From a virus (taxonomy: Duplodnaviria > Caudoviricetes): DNA of 25,928 nt. The stretch covers positions 1-25,928 of the IMG/VR virus record IMGVR_UViG_3300025786_000008. One strand, given 5' to 3'. The position numbers were made by a program, and so were the translations under genes. Position 1 is the first letter of the stretch, and each line of letters opens with the position of its first letter. The notes beneath the pieces were generated by a model. That model saw only the letters and a list, made by a program, of their open reading frames with translations, was not told the DNA's origin and did not search any database. Positions 16,807-25,369 of this stretch are shown here, piece after piece.

Positions 16807-16884
16807 AAAACATGGGGATTTGTGGATTCGGTTCATTTTAGGGGTATTTAATTTTTGGTTAAAAGTGTATAGGGGTATAACTAT

Positions 16885-17018
16885 CTCTGTATATCTGTAT
16901 ATAGCTCTGTATATAGGAGTCTGTAACTAACTATACATGTATAGCTGTAACTAACTATGTACATAACTACCTATGTATATACATGTAACTATAGCTGAGG
17001 TACTACCTATGTACATAG
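16885..17018. repeat. AT-rich cluster of short repeats and palindromes
   Basis: CTGTATAT x3; CTGTAACTAACTAT x2; palindromes CTATACATGTATAG, TATGTACATA, ATGTATATACAT and CTATGTACATAG. Confidence 0.85.
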
Positions 17019-17111
17019 CACTAGGGTTAACCTCACTAGGGAGTTATGCATACCCGTAACTAGGACAAAAGGGTCAAAAAGGGGTCAAAAAGGGGGGTCA
17101 AAAACCCTCCC

Positions 17112-17228
17112 GGCACATTGGCATATTGGCAGTCTGGCACATTGGCACATTGGCACATTGGCATATTGGCAGTCTGGCAGTCTGGCGTATTGGCACATTG
17201 GCAATCTGGCAATCTGGCACATTGGCAC
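17112..17228 (+). repeat. right octamer array, 14 units plus a partial (GGCANNNT)
   Basis: Units GGCACATT, GGCATATT, GGCAGTCT, GGCAATCT and GGCGTATT at an exact 8-nt period. Confidence 0.95.
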
Positions 17229-17415
17229 AAAACCTAAAACTAAAACTAAATAACAAAACCTAAAACTAAAACTAAATAACAAAACCTAAAAACTAAAACT
17301 AAAACAAAACCTAAAACAAAAACTAAAACAAAACCTAAAACTAAAACTAAAACTAAAACAAAACCTAAAACTAAAACTAAAACAAAACCTAAAACTAAAT
17401 AACTAACTAAAACCA
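17226..17415 (+). repeat. G-free A-tract array (AAAACT/AAAACCT/AAAAC)n
   Basis: No G for 190 nt. The 26-bp unit CAAAACCTAAAACTAAAACTAAATAA is exactly duplicated at 17228 and 17254. Confidence 0.95.
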
Positions 17416-17592
17416 GTGAGACTGTAAAGTGTAAAGAACTGGCAATACGGGTTATATAAGCATGGAGGGGGGTAGAACCTTTTTTAGTTGGGCTATGCGT
17501 TCCCTATCTATAGGAGCACAAAAATTTTCCTAAACTTTTATCGACACCTATATTTAAACACTTACTAAAAACAACAACAACTAAAATCACTA

Positions 17593-17622
17593 CTTACATA
17601 TATTATAACTAACCTATATAAT
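17593..17622 (+). promoter_or_regulatory. possible rightward promoter for the packaging/structural arm
   Basis: CTTACA-18 nt-TATAAT upstream of the GAGGGAG RBS; weak -35. Confidence 0.35.
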
Positions 17623-17657
17623 GAGCTATACTAGAGCTAAAAAGAGGGAGTTTAATT

Positions 17658-18224
17658 GTGAGTACGCTTACAAATGGAAACAAAACTAAAATAAAAGAAA
17701 TGCTAGGCAAGGGACTAACACCATCGACAGTTGCTATGGCGGTTGGGGTGACTGAAGGTTATATAAGTCAGATGCTTGCGAACACAGAATTTGCAACAGA
17801 AGTAGCTAATATGAGGATGGTGGAGTTACAAAAACACAATGCCAGAGATGCTACATATGACTCACTTGAAGATCAACTATTAGAGAAGTTGCAAGATGTA
17901 CTGGTTTATATGACTAAGCCCGGGGAAGTTCTAAAGGCACTGCAGATTATAAATGGAGCGAAGAGGCGGGGCACAGATACACTAACTAGCCAAGGTAGTA
18001 TAACTAACAGTACAGTTATAAACTTAATCATGCCTAAACACACTGTAGCCTCTTTCTCAACTAATGCTATAGGTCAGGTGGTAGAAGCAGAGCATGAAAC
18101 TTCTGATGGAACTAAACACACACAATCTCTTGTAACTTTGCAATCCCGGGCGGTTAAGGACCTATTAGCAAAGGGGAAAGCTAATGAAAGCAAGGACAAA
18201 CAAACTATTGGAAATGCGGGTTAA
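17658..18224 (+). CDS. HTH protein, probable terminase small subunit
   Basis: N-terminal HTH (LGKGLTPSTVAMAVGVTEGYISQM) followed by helical segments; GTG start with GAGGGAG RBS; upstream of terL. Confidence 0.65.
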   Translation: MSTLTNGNKTKIKEMLGKGLTPSTVAMAVGVTEGYISQMLANTEFATEVANMRMVELQKHNARDATYDSLEDQLLEKLQDVLVYMTKPGEVLKALQIINGAKRRGTDTLTSQGSITNSTVINLIMPKHTVASFSTNAIGQVVEAEHETSDGTKHTQSLVTLQSRAVKDLLAKGKANESKDKQTIGNAG

Positions 18225-18336
18225 AGCAGCTGAAGAGAGGCTAACTAATATAAGAAAGGCAGAGGCTTTAGCTAGGGTAGAAGGATTGCTTAGGTTAGCT
18301 AAGTTAAAATCTAAGTACATAAAACAACAAGGCTAA
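18184..18336 (+). CDS. small basic helical protein, 50 aa (not in ORF track)
   Basis: AAGGGG RBS. Reads MKARTNKLLEMRVKAAEERLTNIRKAEALARVEGLLRLAKLKSKYIKQQG* and ends 3 nt before the terL ATG. Confidence 0.6.
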   Translation: MKARTNKLLEMRVKAAEERLTNIRKAEALARVEGLLRLAKLKSKYIKQQG

Positions 18337-18339
18337 TAT

Positions 18340-19917
18340 ATGCGGGATATACTTAAGTTAAAGGATAAGGATAGGATAGAAGAAGCACTAGGGGTAACTA
18401 GTCAACCTCCACTCTTGGAGTTACCTACGGTCGAAGGCAATTTCATCCAAAGTGAAGTACAGGAGTTAGCTAAGAGCTCTCTTGACTACTTATCCGCTCT
18501 GGCTAATCCAGAAGGACACTTAGCTAACTTCCCTCCAACTTATCATGCTGCGTTTGACTTAGTGCTTTCTTACTTAGCTAAAGATAGGGATTTCTCTAAG
18601 TTGGCTTTAGGACTTCCCCGCGGCTTTGGTAAAACTGCTTGGGTTAAACTAATTGCCCTATATATAATTCTGTATACAAATAGAAAATTTATTCTTATTC
18701 AGGCAGCCAATGCTAAGCTAGCTGCTAACATTGTTGCGGACATAATTGACTTCTTGGATAGTTCTAACATACAAGCTACCTTTGGAGATTGGAGATTAGG
18801 GTTAGAAAAAGATACGCAGGATTTAAAAAAGTTTGGCTTTAGGGGTAGAAATATAATACTTGCAGCTTTAGGCGAAAGCGGTTCTCCCCGTGGACTTAAC
18901 CTGAAGAACGCTCGCCCTGATGTTATTATTTTCGACGACATACAAACTAGGGAAGATGCGGATTCAAAAGCTGTAAGTGAAGCTATATACACTAAACTAT
19001 TAGGTACAACTATGAAAGCTAAAGCACCTACTGGTTGCTTATATTTATTTCTAGCTAACATGTATCCAACTCCAAACTCTATATTAAAGAAGTTAAAACA
19101 CAACCCTAGCTGGGTTAAATTTATCGCAGGCGGTATCCTACAAGATGGCACCTCTCTTTGGGAAGAAGTACAACCCCTTTCACAACTACTTGAAGAGTTT
19201 GAATCAGATTTAAATGCAGGCCATCCAGAGATTTTTTACAGTGAAGTTATGAATGATGAGACAGCTAGTGTAAATACTGCTATTGACCTAGCTAAAGTAC
19301 CTAACGTATCTCTAGAACAACTAGATCAAGAGATAACTATAGGTAACTTTATTGTGATTGACCCCTCTAACGACAAAAATAACTCCGATGATGTATCAAT
19401 AGGAAGGTTTGCCGTAATTAACGGTGTACCAGTATTACGAGACTTAATTGACGAGAAGTTGTCCCCCGGGGATACAATTAGGAAAGCTTTAAAGTTAGCC
19501 CTAACCACTAACACCTATCTAATTGCGGTTGAAGCTAACGCGTTTCAGTACTCTCTTTTGTACTGGTTCCAAACAGTAGCAACGCAGTTGGGGATAACTG
19601 GGATTAAATTCGAACCTATATACTCAGGTGCGTTATCCAAGAATACAAGAATTTTAAATATGTTTAAACAACTAACTGCTGAGCAGCCAGAGGTACTAAT
19701 TTCAGACGAGGTTAGATCAAAGGTACTAATGCAGATAGCGCAATTCAACCCTTTGAAGTCCGACAATGTGGACGGTATTCTTGACTTACTAACTTATGCC
19801 CCTAGGGTATTAGCAGAGATGGGGCAACATATAGTTATAGGTTCTGACCTGCAAGCTATGATAGAAGATTATAGCGATATTTCGGCCCTAGAGTCATCAC
19901 TAAGGTGTCCGTACTAA
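18340..19917 (+). CDS. terL: terminase large subunit
   Basis: Walker A LPRGFGKT, RG..RPDVIIFDD (Walker B), RNase H-fold VIDPS, AVEANAFQ and DGILD. Confidence 0.93.
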   Translation: MRDILKLKDKDRIEEALGVTSQPPLLELPTVEGNFIQSEVQELAKSSLDYLSALANPEGHLANFPPTYHAAFDLVLSYLAKDRDFSKLALGLPRGFGKTAWVKLIALYIILYTNRKFILIQAANAKLAANIVADIIDFLDSSNIQATFGDWRLGLEKDTQDLKKFGFRGRNIILAALGESGSPRGLNLKNARPDVIIFDDIQTREDADSKAVSEAIYTKLLGTTMKAKAPTGCLYLFLANMYPTPNSILKKLKHNPSWVKFIAGGILQDGTSLWEEVQPLSQLLEEFESDLNAGHPEIFYSEVMNDETASVNTAIDLAKVPNVSLEQLDQEITIGNFIVIDPSNDKNNSDDVSIGRFAVINGVPVLRDLIDEKLSPGDTIRKALKLALTTNTYLIAVEANAFQYSLLYWFQTVATQLGITGIKFEPIYSGALSKNTRILNMFKQLTAEQPEVLISDEVRSKVLMQIAQFNPLKSDNVDGILDLLTYAPRVLAEMGQHIVIGSDLQAMIEDYSDISALESSLRCPY

Positions 19918-19967
19918 CTAAGTGACTAGATACAAATACAACCAGATATAACTACGAGGTAAAAGAA

Positions 19968-21971
19968 ATGGCAGGTAACGCTAGTTTAACTAAACTATCT
20001 TCAACTACACAATCAAGACTAACTACATATTACAAATCTTGCAGAACTTTATTTGAAGGTAACTGGGCGATAACAGAGAGACTTAGACAGGTTGACCTAC
20101 TCTACTCCAGAGAAGAAGATATGACAACTGAAGCTTTCAACGCTAAGTTACAGAATATCCTAGGCAATGCAAAAGCCTTACAGAACTTAACTGTTCCTGT
20201 AGTAATGCCTCAGGTAGAGGCCGCTGTAACTTATCAGTCCTCTGTATTTCTAACTGGCAGTCCTATGTTTGGAGTTGTAAGTTCTCCAGAATACATAGAC
20301 GCAGCTATGCAACTAGAAGCTGTAATAGAGGAGCAGCAAACTAAGGGCGGTTGGGTACTTGATTTACAGCAAACTATGCGGGATGGATTTAAATATAACT
20401 TAGGTTTTGCAGAGGTTGTTTGGGATGAGATAAAGACAGCCTCTATAAGCACAACTGTAGCTGGAGCTAAACCAGTTGAGACTATCTGGGCAGGTAACGC
20501 AATAAAGCATTTAGATATTTATAATACCTTCTGGGATACGAGAGTTACTCCAAGACAGCTACCACATGAAGGCGAGTTCATTGGTTATACAAGTAGAAAA
20601 TCGCGCACAGCTTTAAAAGCCTTTATAAATGAGTTAACTGAGCACTTAATAGCAAATGTTGTTCCGGCGTTTGAATCTCCAACTACTGCAAGATACTCAA
20701 TACCTCAGGTAAACGCTAATATCTTTGGGGATAGTTTAAATAATATTGTAGCTGACCACAACTGGATGGCTTGGGCTGGGTATGAGGATGAAAAAGGTAA
20801 GACAAAGATACAGTATAAAGACTCCTATGAACTAACTACCTTGTATGCCCGTATTATTCCAGATGACTTTAACATTCATACTCCAGCCTCTAAGACTCCG
20901 CAAATATGGAAGTTCTTAATTGTAAATGACGCTGTTATCATATATGCTGAAAGGCAGACTAACGCACATAACATGCTACCGATTTTAGCTATGCAGCCTT
21001 ACGATGACGGGTTAAGTTACCAGACTAAGTCTTTAGCAGAAAATGTAGCACCTATGCAGTCTATAAGTTCTACTCTTATGAACACAACTCTAGCTTCTAG
21101 GCGTAGGGCTGTATATGATAGAACGGTTTATGACCCCTCAATGATTAGCCCCAAAGATATGAACAATCCTAATCCGATTGCTAATATCCCACTTAAGCAA
21201 TCCGCGTATGGTGCTAGTATTGATGCAGCGTTCAAACCTTTTCCTTTTAACGATAGAATGTCTAGCAGTATCTTACAAGAAGTATCGCTAGTTAATAGCC
21301 TAGCTGATGTAGTTACTGGTCAGAACAAAGCACAGCAAGGGCAGTTTGTAAAAGGTAATAAAACTAGGGAAGAGTATTCAGATGTTATGGCCAATGCTAA
21401 TGGCAGAAGTCAGTCTATCTCCCTAACCTTAGAAGCTCAGTTCTTTACTCCCTTAAAAGAAATACTAAAGTTAAACATCTTACAATATCAAGGCGGAACT
21501 ACACTGTTTAGCGAAAGTAAGAAGGCTAACATAGATGTAGACCCTGTAACTCTAAGAAAGGCGATAGTTAAATTTAAGCTATCCGATGGCCTACTACCCT
21601 CAGATAAGTTATTAAATGGAGACGCCTTTAACACAGCGTTACAAGTATTAGGGTCTAGCCCACAGCTAGGGGCTGAATACAACTTAGGTAAACTAGTATC
21701 TTATCTGTTTAAATCGCAGGGAGCTAACATTGGAGACTTTGAGAAGCCTTCTGAACAGATAGCCTATGAGAACGCAGTTAATACTTGGCAGCAAACAGCT
21801 ATGGAGTATTTAAAACAAGGAGTTGAATTTAAAGCACCTCAACCCAACCCGGCGGATTTTGGCTTAGACCCTAGAACAGGTGAACCTACTAACGAAGAGC
21901 CAGAAGACAAAACTATCTTAGAGCAAGTAATGCAGGAGGAGCAGCAAGATGCAACCCAACAGGAAGGATAA
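19968..21971 (+). CDS. portal protein (podovirus type)
   Basis: 667 aa directly after terL; FWD.R, LP and G..Q.GNKT..E motifs resembling P22/SU10-type portals; GAGGT RBS. Confidence 0.8.
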   Translation: MAGNASLTKLSSTTQSRLTTYYKSCRTLFEGNWAITERLRQVDLLYSREEDMTTEAFNAKLQNILGNAKALQNLTVPVVMPQVEAAVTYQSSVFLTGSPMFGVVSSPEYIDAAMQLEAVIEEQQTKGGWVLDLQQTMRDGFKYNLGFAEVVWDEIKTASISTTVAGAKPVETIWAGNAIKHLDIYNTFWDTRVTPRQLPHEGEFIGYTSRKSRTALKAFINELTEHLIANVVPAFESPTTARYSIPQVNANIFGDSLNNIVADHNWMAWAGYEDEKGKTKIQYKDSYELTTLYARIIPDDFNIHTPASKTPQIWKFLIVNDAVIIYAERQTNAHNMLPILAMQPYDDGLSYQTKSLAENVAPMQSISSTLMNTTLASRRRAVYDRTVYDPSMISPKDMNNPNPIANIPLKQSAYGASIDAAFKPFPFNDRMSSSILQEVSLVNSLADVVTGQNKAQQGQFVKGNKTREEYSDVMANANGRSQSISLTLEAQFFTPLKEILKLNILQYQGGTTLFSESKKANIDVDPVTLRKAIVKFKLSDGLLPSDKLLNGDAFNTALQVLGSSPQLGAEYNLGKLVSYLFKSQGANIGDFEKPSEQIAYENAVNTWQQTAMEYLKQGVEFKAPQPNPADFGLDPRTGEPTNEEPEDKTILEQVMQEEQQDATQQEG

Positions 21972-22209
21972 CCTATTTGAAAGTTACGAACTAACTCCAG
22001 AAGAGATTGTAACTGCTACCGACTTCACCGTACTTCAGAAGGCTTATATACAAAACCTTCTTTCTGAAGCTGCGCACGGAAGATTGAATCTAACCTATGA
22101 CCATGAACACCCTGAGAAGTTTCTGCAAGCAGAAGCGGAAAAACAGGGTGAGATTGGTGTACTTAGATTTCTTTTAACAATTAACGAAACTTTAACGCAG
22201 AAGGAATAA
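21949..22209 (+). CDS. small hypothetical head-module protein
   Basis: AGGAGGAG RBS; lies between portal and scaffold. Confidence 0.75.
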   Translation: MQPNRKDNLFESYELTPEEIVTATDFTVLQKAYIQNLLSEAAHGRLNLTYDHEHPEKFLQAEAEKQGEIGVLRFLLTINETLTQKE

Positions 22210-22212
22210 ACC

Positions 22213-22932
22213 ATGAGCATTCTTAACAAATTGTTTGGCAACACACAACAACCGCAAGCTAACCCGCAATCTCAGCAACCTCAACAACCAGAAGGAGTAA
22301 CTAACAACACAACTGTACCTAATGCAGAGAACACTCCGCACCGCCAAGAGGCCAACGGACAAGAAGCTTCATCACCACTAGATGCCTATAAGGATATTTG
22401 GGATAATATGTCCAACGGGCAAGAAGACGCTGGAAATGTTCTAACCTTTGACAGGGCTAAGTTAGCTGAAGTAGCTAACAAGATGGACTTTACTGATAGT
22501 ATTACCCCGGAGCAATTAAGTGCAATTGCAAACGGAGGTGAAGCTGCTATTAAAACATTAGCTAATGTGCTAAACACAACTAGCAGAAATGCATATCTTA
22601 ACTCAACTGAAACAACTTCGCACCTAATTAACAATGCACTAAATAGAACTGTAGAGAACTTTACGGCCAGCTTGCCACAACACATCAAAAAAGCTAATGT
22701 ATCTCAAACGATGCAGCAAGAAAACCCTATGTATAGCGACCCCGCTGTAGCACCCGTGTTACAAGCACTCGAAAACCAACTTACAGCTAAATACCCTAAT
22801 GCAACTGCCAACGAAATTACGCAGCACGCAAAAGAATATCTAACGAAATTCGCAAGTGTAGTAGCTCCTCAACCTAACCCACAAGATACTAATAAGCTAC
22901 CTCCTGAGTTAGACTTCTCAAGTTGGGGCTAA
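22213..22932 (+). CDS. putative capsid scaffolding protein
   Basis: Q/N/P-rich disordered N-terminus and helical body; directly upstream of the MCP. Confidence 0.7.
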   Translation: MSILNKLFGNTQQPQANPQSQQPQQPEGVTNNTTVPNAENTPHRQEANGQEASSPLDAYKDIWDNMSNGQEDAGNVLTFDRAKLAEVANKMDFTDSITPEQLSAIANGGEAAIKTLANVLNTTSRNAYLNSTETTSHLINNALNRTVENFTASLPQHIKKANVSQTMQQENPMYSDPAVAPVLQALENQLTAKYPNATANEITQHAKEYLTKFASVVAPQPNPQDTNKLPPELDFSSWG

Positions 22933-22962
22933 ACTTTTTAACTAATGTAAAGGATACATATT

Positions 22963-24183
22963 ATGGCTACAGGGCAATTTAATTCCGTAGGTTCTATCGA
23001 CTTAGCAAAGACTCCAGATTTGCTGGGTAAAACCTCTTTCGCGGCTATGATTACGCGCATCATGCCTAACGGTCAAGCACCTTTGTTTGGCTTTACTTCT
23101 ATGCTTAAAGATGAAACAGCGTTACAAATCGAACATGGCTACTTTGCTAAAGTAATGTTATTTCCATCTTTAACTAATGGCGGGGCTACTGCTTTAGCTG
23201 CTGCTACTACAATCTCAGGTGTAAGTACAGCTAACTTAGTACCTGGGATGATTCTTCAGAACCCTACAACTATGGAGAACATTTTAGTTATCTCTGTAGA
23301 TAGCGCTACTGACATTACTGTTCGTCGTGCAGTTGGTACTATCGCAGCAGCAAATATTGCTAGTGGTGAAACTTTGTATCAGGTAGGTAACGCCAAGGAA
23401 GAGGGTTCAACAGCCCCTCAAGCATTACGCTTAGACCCTATCCGCATTACTAACTTAACCCAGATTATTCGTAATGCCTGGGCGTTAACAGGTACTGCTC
23501 AAGCTACAGAAGTTATTGCAGGCGATGGTAACTTAGCAGAGAACAAGCAAGATTGTGCTGCTTTCCACGCTGCTGATATTGAAAAAGCTATCTTCTTCTC
23601 TCAAAAGTATAATGGTACGTTAAACGGTCAGCCTTTGAGAACTATGGATGGTTTAGTTAGTATCATCACAACTAACGCAGCTGCTAACATTCACACTGCA
23701 GGGACAACTACGAATGCTACACAGTTTGAAGCTATGTTAGACCCAGTCTTTGACCAAACTACTGACCCTAAGCACGCAAACGAGCGAATCTTATTTGTAG
23801 GGGCTAAAGCTATGACGGTAATTAACCAGATTGCTCGCAAGAATGGTACTTATCAGTTGATGGACGGTCAAACTTCTTGGGGACTACAGTTCTCTACCTT
23901 TAAAACTACTCGTGGTACGTTCAGATTAATTGAACATCCACTGTTTAATAGTAATGCTGTTTGGTCAGCTATGGCAGTTGCAGTTGACTTAGTTACCTTT
24001 AACCTTGCATACCTAGCTGGGCGTAAAACTGCCTCTAAGGTATACAATGCTCAAGGTCAAGAGGCTACTAACAACGCAGTTGACGCTACAGGTGGTACGC
24101 TAACTACTGAGTGTACAACCGTTTGTCGTAACCCAGCTGCTTACGCAGTAATTAAAGGCTTAACTGCTGCATCTGTAGGTTAA
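22963..24183 (+). CDS. major capsid protein (SU10/DUF5309-like) with beta-rich insertion domain
   Basis: EEGS.AP, ITNLTQI.R.A..LTGTAQA, DIEKA and R.MDGL; biased codon usage; followed by a terminator. Confidence 0.85.
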   Translation: MATGQFNSVGSIDLAKTPDLLGKTSFAAMITRIMPNGQAPLFGFTSMLKDETALQIEHGYFAKVMLFPSLTNGGATALAAATTISGVSTANLVPGMILQNPTTMENILVISVDSATDITVRRAVGTIAAANIASGETLYQVGNAKEEGSTAPQALRLDPIRITNLTQIIRNAWALTGTAQATEVIAGDGNLAENKQDCAAFHAADIEKAIFFSQKYNGTLNGQPLRTMDGLVSIITTNAAANIHTAGTTTNATQFEAMLDPVFDQTTDPKHANERILFVGAKAMTVINQIARKNGTYQLMDGQTSWGLQFSTFKTTRGTFRLIEHPLFNSNAVWSAMAVAVDLVTFNLAYLAGRKTASKVYNAQGQEATNNAVDATGGTLTTECTTVCRNPAAYAVIKGLTAASVG

Positions 24184-24207
24184 GCTTTAGTTGCTTTTAA
24201 TACTCAT

Positions 24208-24230
24208 AGCCCCTTAGTTGGGGCTTTCTT
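24208..24230 (+). terminator. intrinsic terminator after the MCP
   Basis: AGCCCC-TTAGTT-GGGGCT followed by TTCTT. Confidence 0.7.
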
Positions 24231-24243
24231 GTAGGAGAATCTC

Positions 24244-24819
24244 ATGGCAGTAACTTTACAGGAGTTATCTGATGCTGTTTTCACTATTACTAACAGACCA
24301 GACCTAGCTGCAGAGACTACTTATGCAGTAAAGGCAGCAACAACTAGAGCACACAATTCAGACGAATACGTGCCAGATATTCTAAACGCAATAGTTACTC
24401 CAACCTTTAAGGAAGAGCTAGGCGTGTACCAAGTATTTATTCAAGAGGCTCCATTTGTCCGCTTTAGGAGAGAACTAGCGGTAGAGACCTTTCCAACTAG
24501 AGCCGCCCTAACTAAGATAAGTGTAGACAACTTATTTGATATGTATGGCGGACTAACTAAAGATAGCTATTACCTCGCAGGCACTACTATAAATGTACGT
24601 GTTAACTCTATGGAACAGTTGAACGTATCTTACCTAACTAAGCCTAACCTTGTAGATTACTCTAGTTGGATAGCTGATAACTATACAGACGCTATTGTTT
24701 TAGGTGCGGCCTCCATGTTATTTGATGTTATTGGTAAGGCAGACGAGAAGCAAAGATTCAACAACTTATATATGCAGGCACTTATGGATGTACGTGCTGA
24801 TAACATACTAAACAGATAA
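24244..24819 (+). CDS. putative head-tail adaptor/tail tubular protein
   Basis: Position after the MCP; T.RPDL start and SWIAD.Y.DAI..GA end; AGGAG RBS. Confidence 0.6.
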   Translation: MAVTLQELSDAVFTITNRPDLAAETTYAVKAATTRAHNSDEYVPDILNAIVTPTFKEELGVYQVFIQEAPFVRFRRELAVETFPTRAALTKISVDNLFDMYGGLTKDSYYLAGTTINVRVNSMEQLNVSYLTKPNLVDYSSWIADNYTDAIVLGAASMLFDVIGKADEKQRFNNLYMQALMDVRADNILNR

Positions 24820-24835
24820 TAACAAGGAGAAATTT

Positions 24836-25360
24836 ATGCCAGTTGTAGACGCAGTTACCACTCCTTTAGATACTAACTTAGTAAAGGAAGCAGCAGCTGA
24901 ACTGAGAAGGCTAAAAGAAAGAATTGTGCAGGAAGCTATAGACCGAGACACATCAGATGCAATTCTAAATAATCATATAAATACCTTCTCTGCTTATTAC
25001 CAGACTTTACCCCTAGCTGAACTAAATACTTTATATGTAAATATAGCAGATGTTAACACAGTTGCAGGTAATATAACTGATGTAACAGCTAATGCAGATA
25101 ACTTATCTGCAATACAAGCAGCTCCTAGTTATGCAGCAAGTGCTTTAGAGGCAGAGGCCAACGCGGCGCAATCAGCTACAACTGCTTTCAACTCTATTTC
25201 AACTTTAGGTTCTATGCAAGCACAAGCTAATGCACTACTAGGTTTAGGGATAGGTACTAGCTTTATAGATGCTAACGGTGATTTTATTCTTAACTATAGT
25301 GATGCTGCAATAACTAGTGTAGCATTCAATGCAAATGGCGAACTAATCATAACTTACTAA
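24836..25360 (+). CDS. putative tail fibre-associated protein
   Basis: AAEELRRLK-like N-terminus, INTVAGNI-like repeats, and duplicated (D/N)ANG(D/E).I..Y C-terminal beta motifs. Confidence 0.55.
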   Translation: MPVVDAVTTPLDTNLVKEAAAELRRLKERIVQEAIDRDTSDAILNNHINTFSAYYQTLPLAELNTLYVNIADVNTVAGNITDVTANADNLSAIQAAPSYAASALEAEANAAQSATTAFNSISTLGSMQAQANALLGLGIGTSFIDANGDFILNYSDAAITSVAFNANGELIITY

Positions 25361-25369
25361 GGACTAACT

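Noticed and set aside
16746-17228. Possible CRISPR or mini-array, given the Cas4-like gene
   Set aside because: The repeats are contiguous with no unique spacers. Solo Cas4-like nucleases are common phage recombination exonucleases.
17085-17282. 65-aa minus-strand ORF with repeated CQ/ARLP motifs
   Set aside because: It is a translation of the octamer and A-tract arrays (8-nt period, not codon-phased) and has no RBS.
17461-17520. GGAGGGGGGTAGAACCTTTTTT and a nearby weak hairpin as a terminator or structured RNA
   Set aside because: The stem relies mostly on G-U pairs and there is no supporting context; too weak to call.
18699-22688. Minus-strand ORFs inside terL, portal and scaffold
   Set aside because: Antisense shadows of motif-supported structural genes.
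24170-24243. Programmed frameshift or readthrough extension of the major capsid protein
   Set aside because: No slippery sequence before the TAA; an in-frame TAG and a terminator follow immediately.
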